Shown piece by piece: positions 1-7,484 of a DNA stretch of 35,363 nt. The notes beneath the pieces were generated by a model that was given only the letters and a program-made list of their open reading frames with translations, ran no database searches and was not told the origin of the DNA. The stretch's first letter is position 1, and every line of letters begins with the position of its first letter. The stretch is from contig DATDKQ010000241.1 of NCBI GenBank assembly GCA_036519915.1, positions 1 to 35,363 on the forward strand. The letters are read 5' to 3'. Source of the stretch: Solirubrobacterales bacterium. GTDB lineage: Bacteria; Actinomycetota; Thermoleophilia; Solirubrobacterales; 70-9. The position numbers and the translations under genes were made by a program.

Positions 1-539
1 GCTCCGTGGTCCTGCCGGTCAAGGCGCTGTTGATGAACTTCCTCAACCTGAGCGCCGTCTTCGGGATCCTGGTCTTCGTCTTCCAGGACGGCCGGCTGGA
101 GGGGCTGCTCGACTACCGCGGGCAGGGAGCACTCGAGCAGACGATGCCGATCCTGCTGTTCGCGGTCGTCTTCGGGCTCTCTACGGACTACGGCGTGTTC
201 CTGCTCTCCAGGATCAAGGAGGCGCACGACTCGGGGATCCCGAGCAGGGAAGCGGTGGCAGTGGGCCTGGAACGCACCGGCCGGATCGTGACCGCGGCTG
301 CGTTGCTCTTCGCCATCGCAATCGGCGCGTTCGCGACCTCCCAGATCATCTTCATCAAGGAGAACGGGGTGGGCACCGCCCTAGCCGTCCTGATCGACGC
401 GAGCCTGATCCGCGCGCTCCTCGTTCCATCGCTGATGGAGCTGCTCGGCGACTGGAACTGGTGGGCGCCGAGGCCGCTGCGACGGCTGCACGAGAGGTTC
501 GGGCTCAACGATTCGAGCCCCGAGCCGGTCACCGGGTGA
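1..539 (+). CDS. MMPL/RND-superfamily membrane transporter, C-terminal fragment (5' end lies outside the window)
   Basis: The frame is open from the window edge (first full codon at nt 3) to TGA 537-539. The translation shows several TM helices and MMPL-type segments (GLSTDYGVFLLSRIKE, VTAAALLFAIAIGAF, LIDASLIRALLVPSLMELLGDWNWW). Confidence 0.85.
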   Translation, partial: SVVLPVKALLMNFLNLSAVFGILVFVFQDGRLEGLLDYRGQGALEQTMPILLFAVVFGLSTDYGVFLLSRIKEAHDSGIPSREAVAVGLERTGRIVTAAALLFAIAIGAFATSQIIFIKENGVGTALAVLIDASLIRALLVPSLMELLGDWNWWAPRPLRRLHERFGLNDSSPEPVTG

Positions 540-583
540 AAGCAGCCGGGTAGCGCCCAGGCCCGGGGGTATCCTGGCGGCCC

Positions 584-814
584 GTGACCATCGCCTCGGC
601 CATATTCCTGATCGCCATCGGGGCGATCCTCCGGTACGCGCTCAACGTCGAGAGCGACGTGATCGACATCCAGACCGTCGGCCTGATCCTGATGATCGCC
701 GGCGGCGCCGGCCTGGCGCTGTCGCTGCTCTACGAGCTCGTCCAGCAGGGTGGCGGGCGCGACAAGGACGAGTCGCCGCGCAGCGGCTACGACGACCCGA
801 CCCGCCGCCTGTAG
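584..814 (+). CDS. Small two-TM membrane protein, DUF6458-like
   Basis: GTG start at 584. The N-terminus (TIASAIFLIAIGAILRYAL ... VGLILMIAGGAGLALSLL) resembles small actinobacterial DUF6458 proteins and is followed by a charged C-terminal tail. The family call is from memory of the motif, not from a search. Confidence 0.65.
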   Translation: MTIASAIFLIAIGAILRYALNVESDVIDIQTVGLILMIAGGAGLALSLLYELVQQGGGRDKDESPRSGYDDPTRRL

Positions 815-833
815 GTACTCAGACCTCGTCTAC

Positions 834-850
834 GGCACCAGGTTGGTGCC
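834..850. terminator. Candidate bidirectional hairpin between convergent genes
   Basis: ggcacc-aggtt-ggtgcc forms a 6-bp perfect stem in the 85-nt gap between convergent CDSs ending at 814 and 900. There is no flanking U-tract, so the call is weak. Confidence 0.25.
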
Positions 851-899
851 CGGGCAATAGTTGGCCTACCTCAGCCAAAATGAGGCGGTGGCCGATTGA

Positions 900-1460
900 T
901 CAACGCCCCTTGCAGTACCCGCTCGGAATCGGAGCCCCGCCTGGATAGTCGAAGTGGGAGCTGCTCGCCGGACTCTGGCTGTCGCCATGGATGACGCCGT
1001 CGGCCGTCACGTAGGTGATCGTGAAATTCGTCTGAGGCGCACCGCGGCCCGAGTAGCAGACGCCGAAGCTCAGGTCTCGAGCAGCCTGCGAAGTGAAGAC
1101 GCCGTCCGTAAAGGTCTCGCTTCCCGCGGGGCCCGACACGTCGCCCGAGAGCGAGCTCAGCGGGATCGTGTTCGATCCGTTGCCGGCCTGGTTGCCGTTC
1201 GTGTCGAAGACATGGAGGTCCACGTCCGCGTCGCTCGCGCCGTTCCCCCAGGTCAACATTGCCCGGATGACCGGCGAGTGGGGCGCATCCGCCTTCCTCC
1301 TTTTCTTCTTGGCGCACTTCTTCTTGGCGGAGTGCCGCTTCTTGCACTTCTTCGCCGCACCGGCGCCGCGCGGTGCGCTCGCCGTGGCGCTTGCGGTACT
1401 GCTGATCGCCATGGCAAAGATCGCAAGGATCACCAGGCCGATCAGGCCTCTCTTCTCCAT
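900..1460 (-). CDS. Secreted protein: signal peptide, Cys-flanked polybasic stretch, then a beta-rich domain (possibly DUF2135/YfaP-C-like)
   Basis: ATG at 1460 is preceded by GGGGG about 9 nt upstream; the track start at 1469 is a TTG three codons further up. The signal peptide is MEKRGLIGLVILAIFAMAISSTASA. It is followed by AAKKCKKRHSAKKKCAKKKRRK and then the domain W..G..DADVDLHVFD..GN...SGDVSGPAGSETF. Stop is TGA at 900-902. Confidence 0.7.
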   Translation of the reverse strand: MEKRGLIGLVILAIFAMAISSTASATASAPRGAGAAKKCKKRHSAKKKCAKKKRRKADAPHSPVIRAMLTWGNGASDADVDLHVFDTNGNQAGNGSNTIPLSSLSGDVSGPAGSETFTDGVFTSQAARDLSFGVCYSGRGAPQTNFTITYVTADGVIHGDSQSPASSSHFDYPGGAPIPSGYCKGR

Positions 1461-1533
1461 TCGGAACAACCCCCTATTTCACTCGCTGGCGGGTATCGCG
1501 AGCTATACGGGCGAACGGGCTCTGCGGGATTGC

Positions 1534-2124
1534 CTAACCGAGTGACTGCCGGCCCGCCAGGGCCTTGCCGAGCGTCACCTCGTCGGCATGCTCGAGGTCG
1601 GCTCCAACCGGGAGGCCGCTGGCGAGCCTGGTGACCGTGACTCGGCCGCGCAGGGCGTCGGCGATATGGAGGGCGGTCGCCTCGCCGGTGGTGGTGGGGT
1701 TGGTGGCCAGGACGACCTCCTTGACCTCGCCGTTGACGCGATCGAGCAGCTCGGTGATCTTCAGGTCCTCGGGGTCGATTCCGTCGATCGGCGAGAGCGC
1801 GCCGCCGAGCACGTGGTAGACGCCTCGGTACTCGCCGGTCCGCTCGATCGGGATCACGTCGGCGGGCTCCTCGACCACGCAGATCATCGACTCGTCGCGG
1901 CGGCCGTCCTCGCAGATCCGGCAGCGCGGTCCCTCCGCCAGGTTGAAGCAGACCTCGCAGAGCCCGACCTTCTCCTTCACCTCGCGGATCGAGTCGGCGA
2001 GGCCGAAGGCGTCCTCGTCGTCCGCCCGCAGGATGTGGAAGGCGAGCCGCTGCGCGGTGCGCTGGCCGATGCCGGGCAGCTTGGAGAGCTCGGCGATCAG
2101 CTGGCTGATCGGTCCCGCGTACAT
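1534..2124 (-). CDS. recR: Recombination protein RecR
   Basis: HhH motif LPGIGQRTAQRLAFHIL, C4 zinc finger CEVCFNLAEGPRCRIC, and Toprim segment ICVVEEPADVIPIERTGEYRGVYHVLGG. It sits in the conserved position after ybaB. Confidence 0.97.
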   Translation of the reverse strand: MYAGPISQLIAELSKLPGIGQRTAQRLAFHILRADDEDAFGLADSIREVKEKVGLCEVCFNLAEGPRCRICEDGRRDESMICVVEEPADVIPIERTGEYRGVYHVLGGALSPIDGIDPEDLKITELLDRVNGEVKEVVLATNPTTTGEATALHIADALRGRVTVTRLASGLPVGADLEHADEVTLGKALAGRQSLG

Positions 2125-2152
2125 GTGGTCAAGCGTAGGGGGCGGGGTGGCT

Positions 2153-2488
2153 CTACATGCCGGGGAGGCCCGGCAGCCCTCCGCCGCCGAGGCCGCCCGT
2201 GATGCCGCCCATGCGGTTGGCGGCGAGCTCTTGAGCGGAGCGCAGCGCCTCGTTGACCGCCGCGGTCACCATGTCCTGGAGCAGCTCGGGATCCTCGGGG
2301 TCGATCGCGTCCGGGGAGATCGTGATCTCGCGGAGCTGCATGTCGCCGGTCATCGTCACCTTGACCATGCCGCCGCCGGCGCTCCCCTCGACTGTCTCGT
2401 TCTTGAGCTCCTCCTGCGCCTTCGCCATCTCGGCCTGCATCTGCTGCGCCTGCTTGAGCAGCTGGTTGAGATTCGGTCCCTGAGGCAT
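2153..2488 (-). CDS. ybaB: YbaB/EbfC-family nucleoid-associated protein
   Basis: The 111-aa product has LLKQAQQMQAEMAKAQEEL, GGGMVKVTMTGDMQL..ISPDAIDPEDPELLQDMV and a Gly-rich tail. Its ATG shares one nt (2488) with the dnaX TGA (TGATG). Confidence 0.95.
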   Translation of the reverse strand: MPQGPNLNQLLKQAQQMQAEMAKAQEELKNETVEGSAGGGMVKVTMTGDMQLREITISPDAIDPEDPELLQDMVTAAVNEALRSAQELAANRMGGITGGLGGGGLPGLPGM

Positions 2489-4164
2489 CAGCCCGTCCCA
2501 CTCTCCCTCTTACCGTCGGGAACGACCTCGCTCGCATCGAAGCTGTCCTTGACGAGGTCGACCAGATCCTCCTCGCTGATCTCGGCCGATTCCTCGCAGG
2601 CGTCCTCACCCGGGCCGTCGATCAGCTCATAGACGGGCCGCAGGCGGTGGCCGGCGATCGAGGCGAGGGCCTCGGTCATCCGCTCGATGTTCACGGGGGA
2701 CTCGGCCTTCTTCTTGTTGAACTTCGCCGATGCCGGGAAGCCGATCCGCAGCACGGAGCGCTCCTCGTCGATGGCCAGCGGCTTCGCCTCGTCGAACAGT
2801 GTGGAGAGCATCGCGGAGCCGGAGTCGCGCAGGTGGTCGACCACTGCGGGCCAGAGCTCCACGACGCGCTCGATCTCGACTGTCGCGGTGGCGACGCTCG
2901 CCTCAGGCTCGTCGCGGTCGGGTGTTTCGTCCTCGGCCGGGGGACGCTCGGGCGCCTCGGCAGCCTCGGACACCTGAACAGTCTTGGGCGGCTCGACCGC
3001 TGGTCCACCCTCCTGATTGAGCTGTGTTTCGAGCGACTCGATGCGCCGGAGGAGAGCCTCGCGTGAGGAGTCCAGAGATGGGGTTGCCACCTTGAGCAGC
3101 GCGACCTCGAGGGTCAGCCGCGGATCGTCTCCCTCGCGCATCCCGGCGACCGCGCCGCTGAGGGCGTCAATCGCGCCCATCAGCTTGGCGTCGTCGATCG
3201 CCTCGGCCTGCCCGGCGAGTCGCTCGGGCTGGGCGACGGTGACCGTGAAGGAGTCGGGGACCTCGCCGGTCGCGCGGGCGACCAGGAGCTGGCGCAGATG
3301 GGCGATCAGGTCGCGGGCGAACTGGCCGGGGTCGCGCCCGGAGCGGGCGAGGCGCTCGACGGACTCGAGAGCCGCACGGGCGTCCCCCTCGGCGAGCGCG
3401 TCGGTGGTGTCGAAGAGAAGATCGGCGTCGGCGGCGCCGAGCATCTCAACGACCTCGTCGGTGGTCACGGTCTCGCCGCCGAAGGCGACCAATTGGTCGA
3501 GGGTTCCGAGTGCATCGCGGAAGCTGCCGGAGGCCGAGCGCGAGATCAGGGCGACGGAACCGTCGTCGATCTGGATCTTCTCGGCGGCGGAGACCCGCCG
3601 GACCACCTCGGCGATCTGCTCGAGCGAAGGCCGCTGGAAGTCGAAGCGCTGGCAGCGGTCGATGATGGTGGGCATCACCTTCTGGGGCTCGGTAGTCGCC
3701 AGGACGAAGGCGGTGTTGGGCGGCGGCTCCTCGAGCGTCTTCAGGAACGCGTTCCACGCCTCCTTGGTGAGCATGTGGGCCTCGTCGAGGATGTAGACCT
3801 TCCAGCGGCCGGCGGCCGGCGCGAAGCCGACCCGGTCGCGGAGCTCACGGATGTCGTCGACCGAGCGGTTCGAGGCGGCGTCCATCTCGATCACGTCGAG
3901 CGAGGTGCCCGCCGCGATCGTCTGGCAGGGCTCGCACTCACCGCACGGGGTCAGGGTCGGCCCCTGGACGCAGTTGAGCGAGCGGGCGAGGATCTTCGCC
4001 ATCGATGTCTTGCCCGTCCCCCGCGAGCCGATGAACAGGTAGGCGTGGTGGACCCGGCCCTTCTCGACAGCGTTCGAGAGGGTGCGCACAATGTGCTCCT
4101 GACCGACAACCTCCGCGAAGCTCTGCGGGCGGTGACGGCGGTAAAGAGAGGTGGGTTGGGCCAC
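2488..4164 (-). CDS. dnaX: DNA polymerase III subunit gamma/tau
   Basis: GTG start at 4162-4164. Walker A is GSRGTGKTS, the Zn module is CVQGPTLTPCGECEPCQ, and clamp-loader boxes YILDEAHML and VLATTEPQKVMPTIIDRCQRFDF are present. Synteny is dnaX-ybaB-recR. Confidence 0.95.
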   Translation of the reverse strand: MAQPTSLYRRHRPQSFAEVVGQEHIVRTLSNAVEKGRVHHAYLFIGSRGTGKTSMAKILARSLNCVQGPTLTPCGECEPCQTIAAGTSLDVIEMDAASNRSVDDIRELRDRVGFAPAAGRWKVYILDEAHMLTKEAWNAFLKTLEEPPPNTAFVLATTEPQKVMPTIIDRCQRFDFQRPSLEQIAEVVRRVSAAEKIQIDDGSVALISRSASGSFRDALGTLDQLVAFGGETVTTDEVVEMLGAADADLLFDTTDALAEGDARAALESVERLARSGRDPGQFARDLIAHLRQLLVARATGEVPDSFTVTVAQPERLAGQAEAIDDAKLMGAIDALSGAVAGMREGDDPRLTLEVALLKVATPSLDSSREALLRRIESLETQLNQEGGPAVEPPKTVQVSEAAEAPERPPAEDETPDRDEPEASVATATVEIERVVELWPAVVDHLRDSGSAMLSTLFDEAKPLAIDEERSVLRIGFPASAKFNKKKAESPVNIERMTEALASIAGHRLRPVYELIDGPGEDACEESAEISEEDLVDLVKDSFDASEVVPDGKRESGTG

Positions 4165-4199
4165 GAATCGAGTCTATCCGTCGCCTAGGCTGACCCTCG

Positions 4200-4532
4200 A
4201 TGGCCTACGACGAAGACCTCGCAGAGCGCGTCCGCGGGTTGGTCTCGGTTCGCGACAAGATCACGGAGAAGCGGATGTTCGGCAGCAACTGCTTCCTGGT
4301 GGGGGGCAACTTGGCGGTCTGCGTCCGCCAGGACGAGCTGCTCGTGCGCCTCGATCCCCCGGACGCCGAAAAGGCGATCACCGAAGAGGGAGTCCGAGTC
4401 GCCGAGATGGGACCACAGAAGCGGCAGATGAAGGGCTGGGTATTCGTGTCGGCCGAGCACCTTTCGGACGATGGCCTCTCCGACTGGGTCGATGCTGGCG
4501 CCGACTACGCCGCCTCGCTGCCATCGAAGTAG
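4200..4532 (+). CDS. TfoX/Sxy N-terminal-domain family protein
   Basis: ATG at 4200. MAYDEDLAERVR...EKRMFGSNCFLVGGNLAVCV...MKGWVFV...DWVDAGADYAASLP matches the common stand-alone TfoX_N architecture of about 110 aa. Confidence 0.8.
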   Translation: MAYDEDLAERVRGLVSVRDKITEKRMFGSNCFLVGGNLAVCVRQDELLVRLDPPDAEKAITEEGVRVAEMGPQKRQMKGWVFVSAEHLSDDGLSDWVDAGADYAASLPSK

Positions 4533-4626
4533 GCGGCAGAGACGCACCAGCCCGAGATTTCAAATCCGGCACAATTGCCTTTCAACCTGTAGGACCTGGT
4601 TGATCGTGCCGATGAGGGAGGTCGAG

Positions 4627-5394
4627 GTGCAGGGCGTCAGACACCTAGAGCAGTCTGAGGGCGAAGCCCCGGATGCCGAGCGCCTCCTGAAGGAGGTCGA
4701 GGCGGCGCGCCAAGACCTGGAGCTCCGGACGGCTGAGCTCGAGACCGCGCAGGCGCGTTTGAAGCAACTCGAGCACCGGCTGCGGCTGATTCATGAGAGC
4801 CGCCCCTATCGATTCGCGTTGAGGATGTGGCGCATCCGGGCGAAGATACGCGCCCCGCTTTCGCGCTCGCCCGCAGGAACTTCACCCGACCAGGAGGCGG
4901 CGGCAGCCGAAACGGTCCAACCGCCTCCGGCCCCGTATCAGGCGCCGGCCGCGGCTGGCTATTCGGAGGCAATCGCCGCGCAGGCCGAGGACGCAGATCC
5001 CGTCCCCATCGAGAACCCAGAGCCCGCCTCCGGCGGCGACGCAGAGCCCGTCTCCTATTGGGGCAGCCGCGGTGTCCGAGAGACTGACCCGGACCGGTCT
5101 GGCCCGTTGCGCGCCGTGATGCTGCTCGGGGGGCTGACCGAGCCGCAGCTCGACAGCGCGCTTCGTGAGCTGGCCCTGAACGGTGCGGCCGACGACGAGC
5201 CGCTCGTGATCACCGACTGCGACGCCCTCAGAACGCTCGACGGGTTCGGGTACCTGTACGAATACATTCCCCCGCGCGAGGATTGGGAGGGGCGCCTCGG
5301 GCGCGATGGCAACGAGTACGACGACTTCGTCGGTCGACGGCTCGTCTCGATCGCCGGCATGTACGGCGTGGCGGGCGTTCCCCCAACGAGGTGA
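4627..5394 (+). CDS. Coiled-coil protein with an SRxYR...WR motif, a P/A-rich linker and an uncharacterised C-terminal domain
   Basis: The track ORF (from 4471) overlaps the TfoX gene. The in-frame GTG at 4627 sits 5 nt after a strong AGGGAGG (4615-4621); ATG 4612 is the alternative start. Coiled coil: LLKEVEAARQDLELRTAELETAQARLKQLEHRLRL. Motif: SRPYRFALRMWRIR. No family was recognised for the C-terminal ~110 aa. Confidence 0.6.
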   Translation: MQGVRHLEQSEGEAPDAERLLKEVEAARQDLELRTAELETAQARLKQLEHRLRLIHESRPYRFALRMWRIRAKIRAPLSRSPAGTSPDQEAAAAETVQPPPAPYQAPAAAGYSEAIAAQAEDADPVPIENPEPASGGDAEPVSYWGSRGVRETDPDRSGPLRAVMLLGGLTEPQLDSALRELALNGAADDEPLVITDCDALRTLDGFGYLYEYIPPREDWEGRLGRDGNEYDDFVGRRLVSIAGMYGVAGVPPTR

Positions 5395-5404
5395 TCGTCC
5401 CGAG

Positions 5405-6682
5405 TTGACCTCCGTCCTCTTCATCACAAGCAATGGGGTCGGCATTGGCCACCTGACCCGTGCGATGGCCATTGCCCGCCGGCTGCCGGACGGGCTGACG
5501 CCGATCATGCTGACGATGTCCAAGGGGCTTCCGATCGCCCGTGAGCAAGGGTTCTACTGCGAGTACTTCCCGTCGAGTCAGGTGTCCGGCCTCGACAATC
5601 CGCAGTGGGCGACCGGCCTGGCGGCACGGATCGCGGCACTGATCGAGGAGCACGAACCGGCGGTGGTGGCCTTCGACGGGGTGTCGCCGTACGCCGGCCT
5701 GAGGAAGGCGCTGGCAGCTCATCCCGAGCCGGCCTCCATATGGATCAGAAGGGCGATGTGGCGCGCGGACAGAGGGGTGAAGCAACTCGAGTTCGCCGAA
5801 AGGTTCGACCGGGTGATAGAACCGGGCGAATTCGCTGCGGATGCCGACCAAGGACCGACGGTAGAGCGCCGCGACGAGGCCTTGACCGTCTCACCGATTC
5901 TCTTCTGCGACGAATCCGAGCTGCTTCCGCGTGGGCAGGCGGAAGCACAGCTCGGTCTCGATCCTGAGCGCCTGCATGTCCTGATTCAGCTGGGCGAGGT
6001 CCCCGAGCCCCAGCGGGACTTCATGCTGAGGAGCTGCGCCGCTCGCATCCTCCAGCATCCGGGGACCCAGGTGGCAATCCTGGAATCCGCGATCAGCGAG
6101 GACCTGGTCCTTCCCCCTTCAGTGGTCAAGCTCGCCGCCGTTTATCCGATCGCGCGTCTCTACCGGGCTTTCGACTTCGTGATCACCGCCGCCGGCTACA
6201 ACTCCTACCACGAGCTGATCCGGTTCAAGGTGCCAGCCGCCTTCTTCCCCGCTCCGAAGATGACGGACGACCAACAGGCACGAGCTCGCTACGCAGAGAC
6301 CGCCGGGGTCGGGGTGGAGGTGGGCCTGGACCCGACCCCCGCGGTGGAGACCCTGCTGGACGAGTCAAAGCGCGCACGAATGGCCAGCCGCGCCCACGAG
6401 ATGAGCTTCGCGAATGGCGCACAGGAGGCTGCCGACGAGATCGCACGCCTTGCCTCCTCGCCAGATGTGGCCGGCGTCGCGACTCGTGACGGGCGGCTCA
6501 GCCTGAAGACGGTCACGGCCGAGCAGCTCAGCGTGATCGAGGGGATCGGAGCCGTCACCGCCGACCGCGTCATCGAATATCGCGACCGGGCCGCCGAGCT
6601 ACCCACCGTCGACGACCTGCGCGAGGTTCGGGGCATCGGTCCGGCCACGCTCGAAGCGCTTCGGAGTCGACTGGGGCCTTGA
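5405..6682 (+). CDS. GT-B glycosyltransferase (GT28/MurG-PseG-like) with a C-terminal ComEA-type helix-hairpin-helix domain
   Basis: The N-terminal loop is VLFITSNGVGIGHLTRAMAIARRL and the C-lobe is ITAAGYNSYHELIRFKVPAAFFPAP..DDQQARA. The last ~60 aa (LKTVTAEQLSVIEGIGAVTADRVIEYRDRAAELPTVDDLREVRGIGPATLEALRSRL) match the ComEA HhH pattern. The 5306 ATG would overlap the upstream gene by 89 nt and gives an off-frame-looking peptide. TTG 5405, after GAGGTGA, is proposed as the start, but it is uncertain. Confidence 0.72.
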   Translation: MTSVLFITSNGVGIGHLTRAMAIARRLPDGLTPIMLTMSKGLPIAREQGFYCEYFPSSQVSGLDNPQWATGLAARIAALIEEHEPAVVAFDGVSPYAGLRKALAAHPEPASIWIRRAMWRADRGVKQLEFAERFDRVIEPGEFAADADQGPTVERRDEALTVSPILFCDESELLPRGQAEAQLGLDPERLHVLIQLGEVPEPQRDFMLRSCAARILQHPGTQVAILESAISEDLVLPPSVVKLAAVYPIARLYRAFDFVITAAGYNSYHELIRFKVPAAFFPAPKMTDDQQARARYAETAGVGVEVGLDPTPAVETLLDESKRARMASRAHEMSFANGAQEAADEIARLASSPDVAGVATRDGRLSLKTVTAEQLSVIEGIGAVTADRVIEYRDRAAELPTVDDLREVRGIGPATLEALRSRLGP

Positions 6683-6704
6683 GCCTGGCGACTGGTCCAG
6701 ACCG

Positions 6705-7484
6705 ATGAAGTCTCAGCACCTGGTAGTCACCCGCTACACGCTCAAAGGCTGGGCATACGAGGAGTTCTCGCCGGAGTGGCTCGAGGAGAGGATGCGCGTA
6801 TTTCGCACCTACTGCGTCCCCTCGATGGCCCAGCAGGACGTTGACTTCAACTGGCTGATCCTCTGCGATGAAACGACCGACTCCGATTACGTGGAGAGCA
6901 TTCGAGCGATCTCCAAGTCGGTTCCGGCGCTTAAGGTTGTCACCACCTCGAGGGACCGTGGGATCTGGTCACGCCATGCCGTCGCATCGGTACTCGATGA
7001 CGACACCGACCTCTTGATCACAAGCCGCCTGGACAACGACGATGCCCTGCACGAAGGCGCGCTGCGCACGATGCACGAGTACATCGAGCCGTTCTCCCGG
7101 TCCTCTCACGATGCGTTCCTGGTTCGCTTTCCCCGGGGCTACAGGTACGAGGAATCGAGCGGGCGGATGTTCAGCTCCTACTGGATGGACAGCCCATTCA
7201 TCACACTGTTCGAGAAGCTCGACGAGGACAGGAAGAACCTCCGGAACGTCTACTTCGCCCAGCACCCGAAGATTCACCTCGAAGTCGCCACTCACCTCGA
7301 GGAGTCGATTCCGGCCTGGTTGCAGGTCATCCACGGTCGAGCGCAGAGCACCAACCCGGAGGCGCTGGCTGGCGTTGCCCTGACCGGAGGCAACCGCCGG
7401 TCCGTGGTCAGCGGCGAAACTGACATCGAGGTGGACCCCGCGGGGGTCGGACCCGCCTTCGGGCTGGATCTGTGGGAGAGATGA
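6705..7484 (+). CDS. Putative rhamnosyltransferase-like glycosyltransferase (PF11316-like), paralog 1
   Basis: HLVVTRYTLKGW...FSPEWLEERMRVFRTYCVPSMAQQ..DFNWLILCDE...SRLDNDDALH resembles the 'putative rhamnosyl transferase' family. The family call is from memory. Confidence 0.78.
   Translation: MKSQHLVVTRYTLKGWAYEEFSPEWLEERMRVFRTYCVPSMAQQDVDFNWLILCDETTDSDYVESIRAISKSVPALKVVTTSRDRGIWSRHAVASVLDDDTDLLITSRLDNDDALHEGALRTMHEYIEPFSRSSHDAFLVRFPRGYRYEESSGRMFSSYWMDSPFITLFEKLDEDRKNLRNVYFAQHPKIHLEVATHLEESIPAWLQVIHGRAQSTNPEALAGVALTGGNRRSVVSGETDIEVDPAGVGPAFGLDLWER

Noticed and set aside
954-1634. 226-aa and 150-aa plus-strand ORFs (954-1634, 1093-1545) and the 871-1347 minus-strand ORF overlapping the secreted polybasic protein gene
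   Set aside because: Their composition is Arg/Ala-rich junk. They overlap the recR 3' end and the 900-1460 gene, which has a proper SD, signal peptide and domain-like sequence.
2488-4164. Programmed -1 frameshift site in dnaX (gamma/tau), as in E. coli
   Set aside because: I saw no A-rich slippery heptamer, and no run of five or more A or T, anywhere in the gene.
3298-4188. 296-aa plus-strand ORF, together with 3017-3796 and 2647-3066, lying antisense or off-frame to dnaX
   Set aside because: The region is fully accounted for by a dnaX reading frame with clear motifs. The antisense translations are Gly/Arg/Asp/Leu-rich with no recognisable motifs, as expected for open antisense frames in high-GC DNA.
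4165-4611. Looked for an SRP (4.5S/ffs) RNA gene, which often sits upstream of dnaX
   Set aside because: The space upstream of dnaX is a 35-nt gap followed by the TfoX_N gene. The 4533-4611 spacer shows no SRP-like hairpin. I conclude that ffs is not in this window.
4471-4626. N-terminal extensions given by the ORF track at 4471, 5306, 9150, 15019, 26444 and 30948
   Set aside because: Each extension overlaps the preceding or divergent gene by 89-375 nt and translates to off-frame-looking Arg/Ser/Pro-rich peptide. Better internal starts exist, with an SD, a stop/start overlap or the onset of homology.
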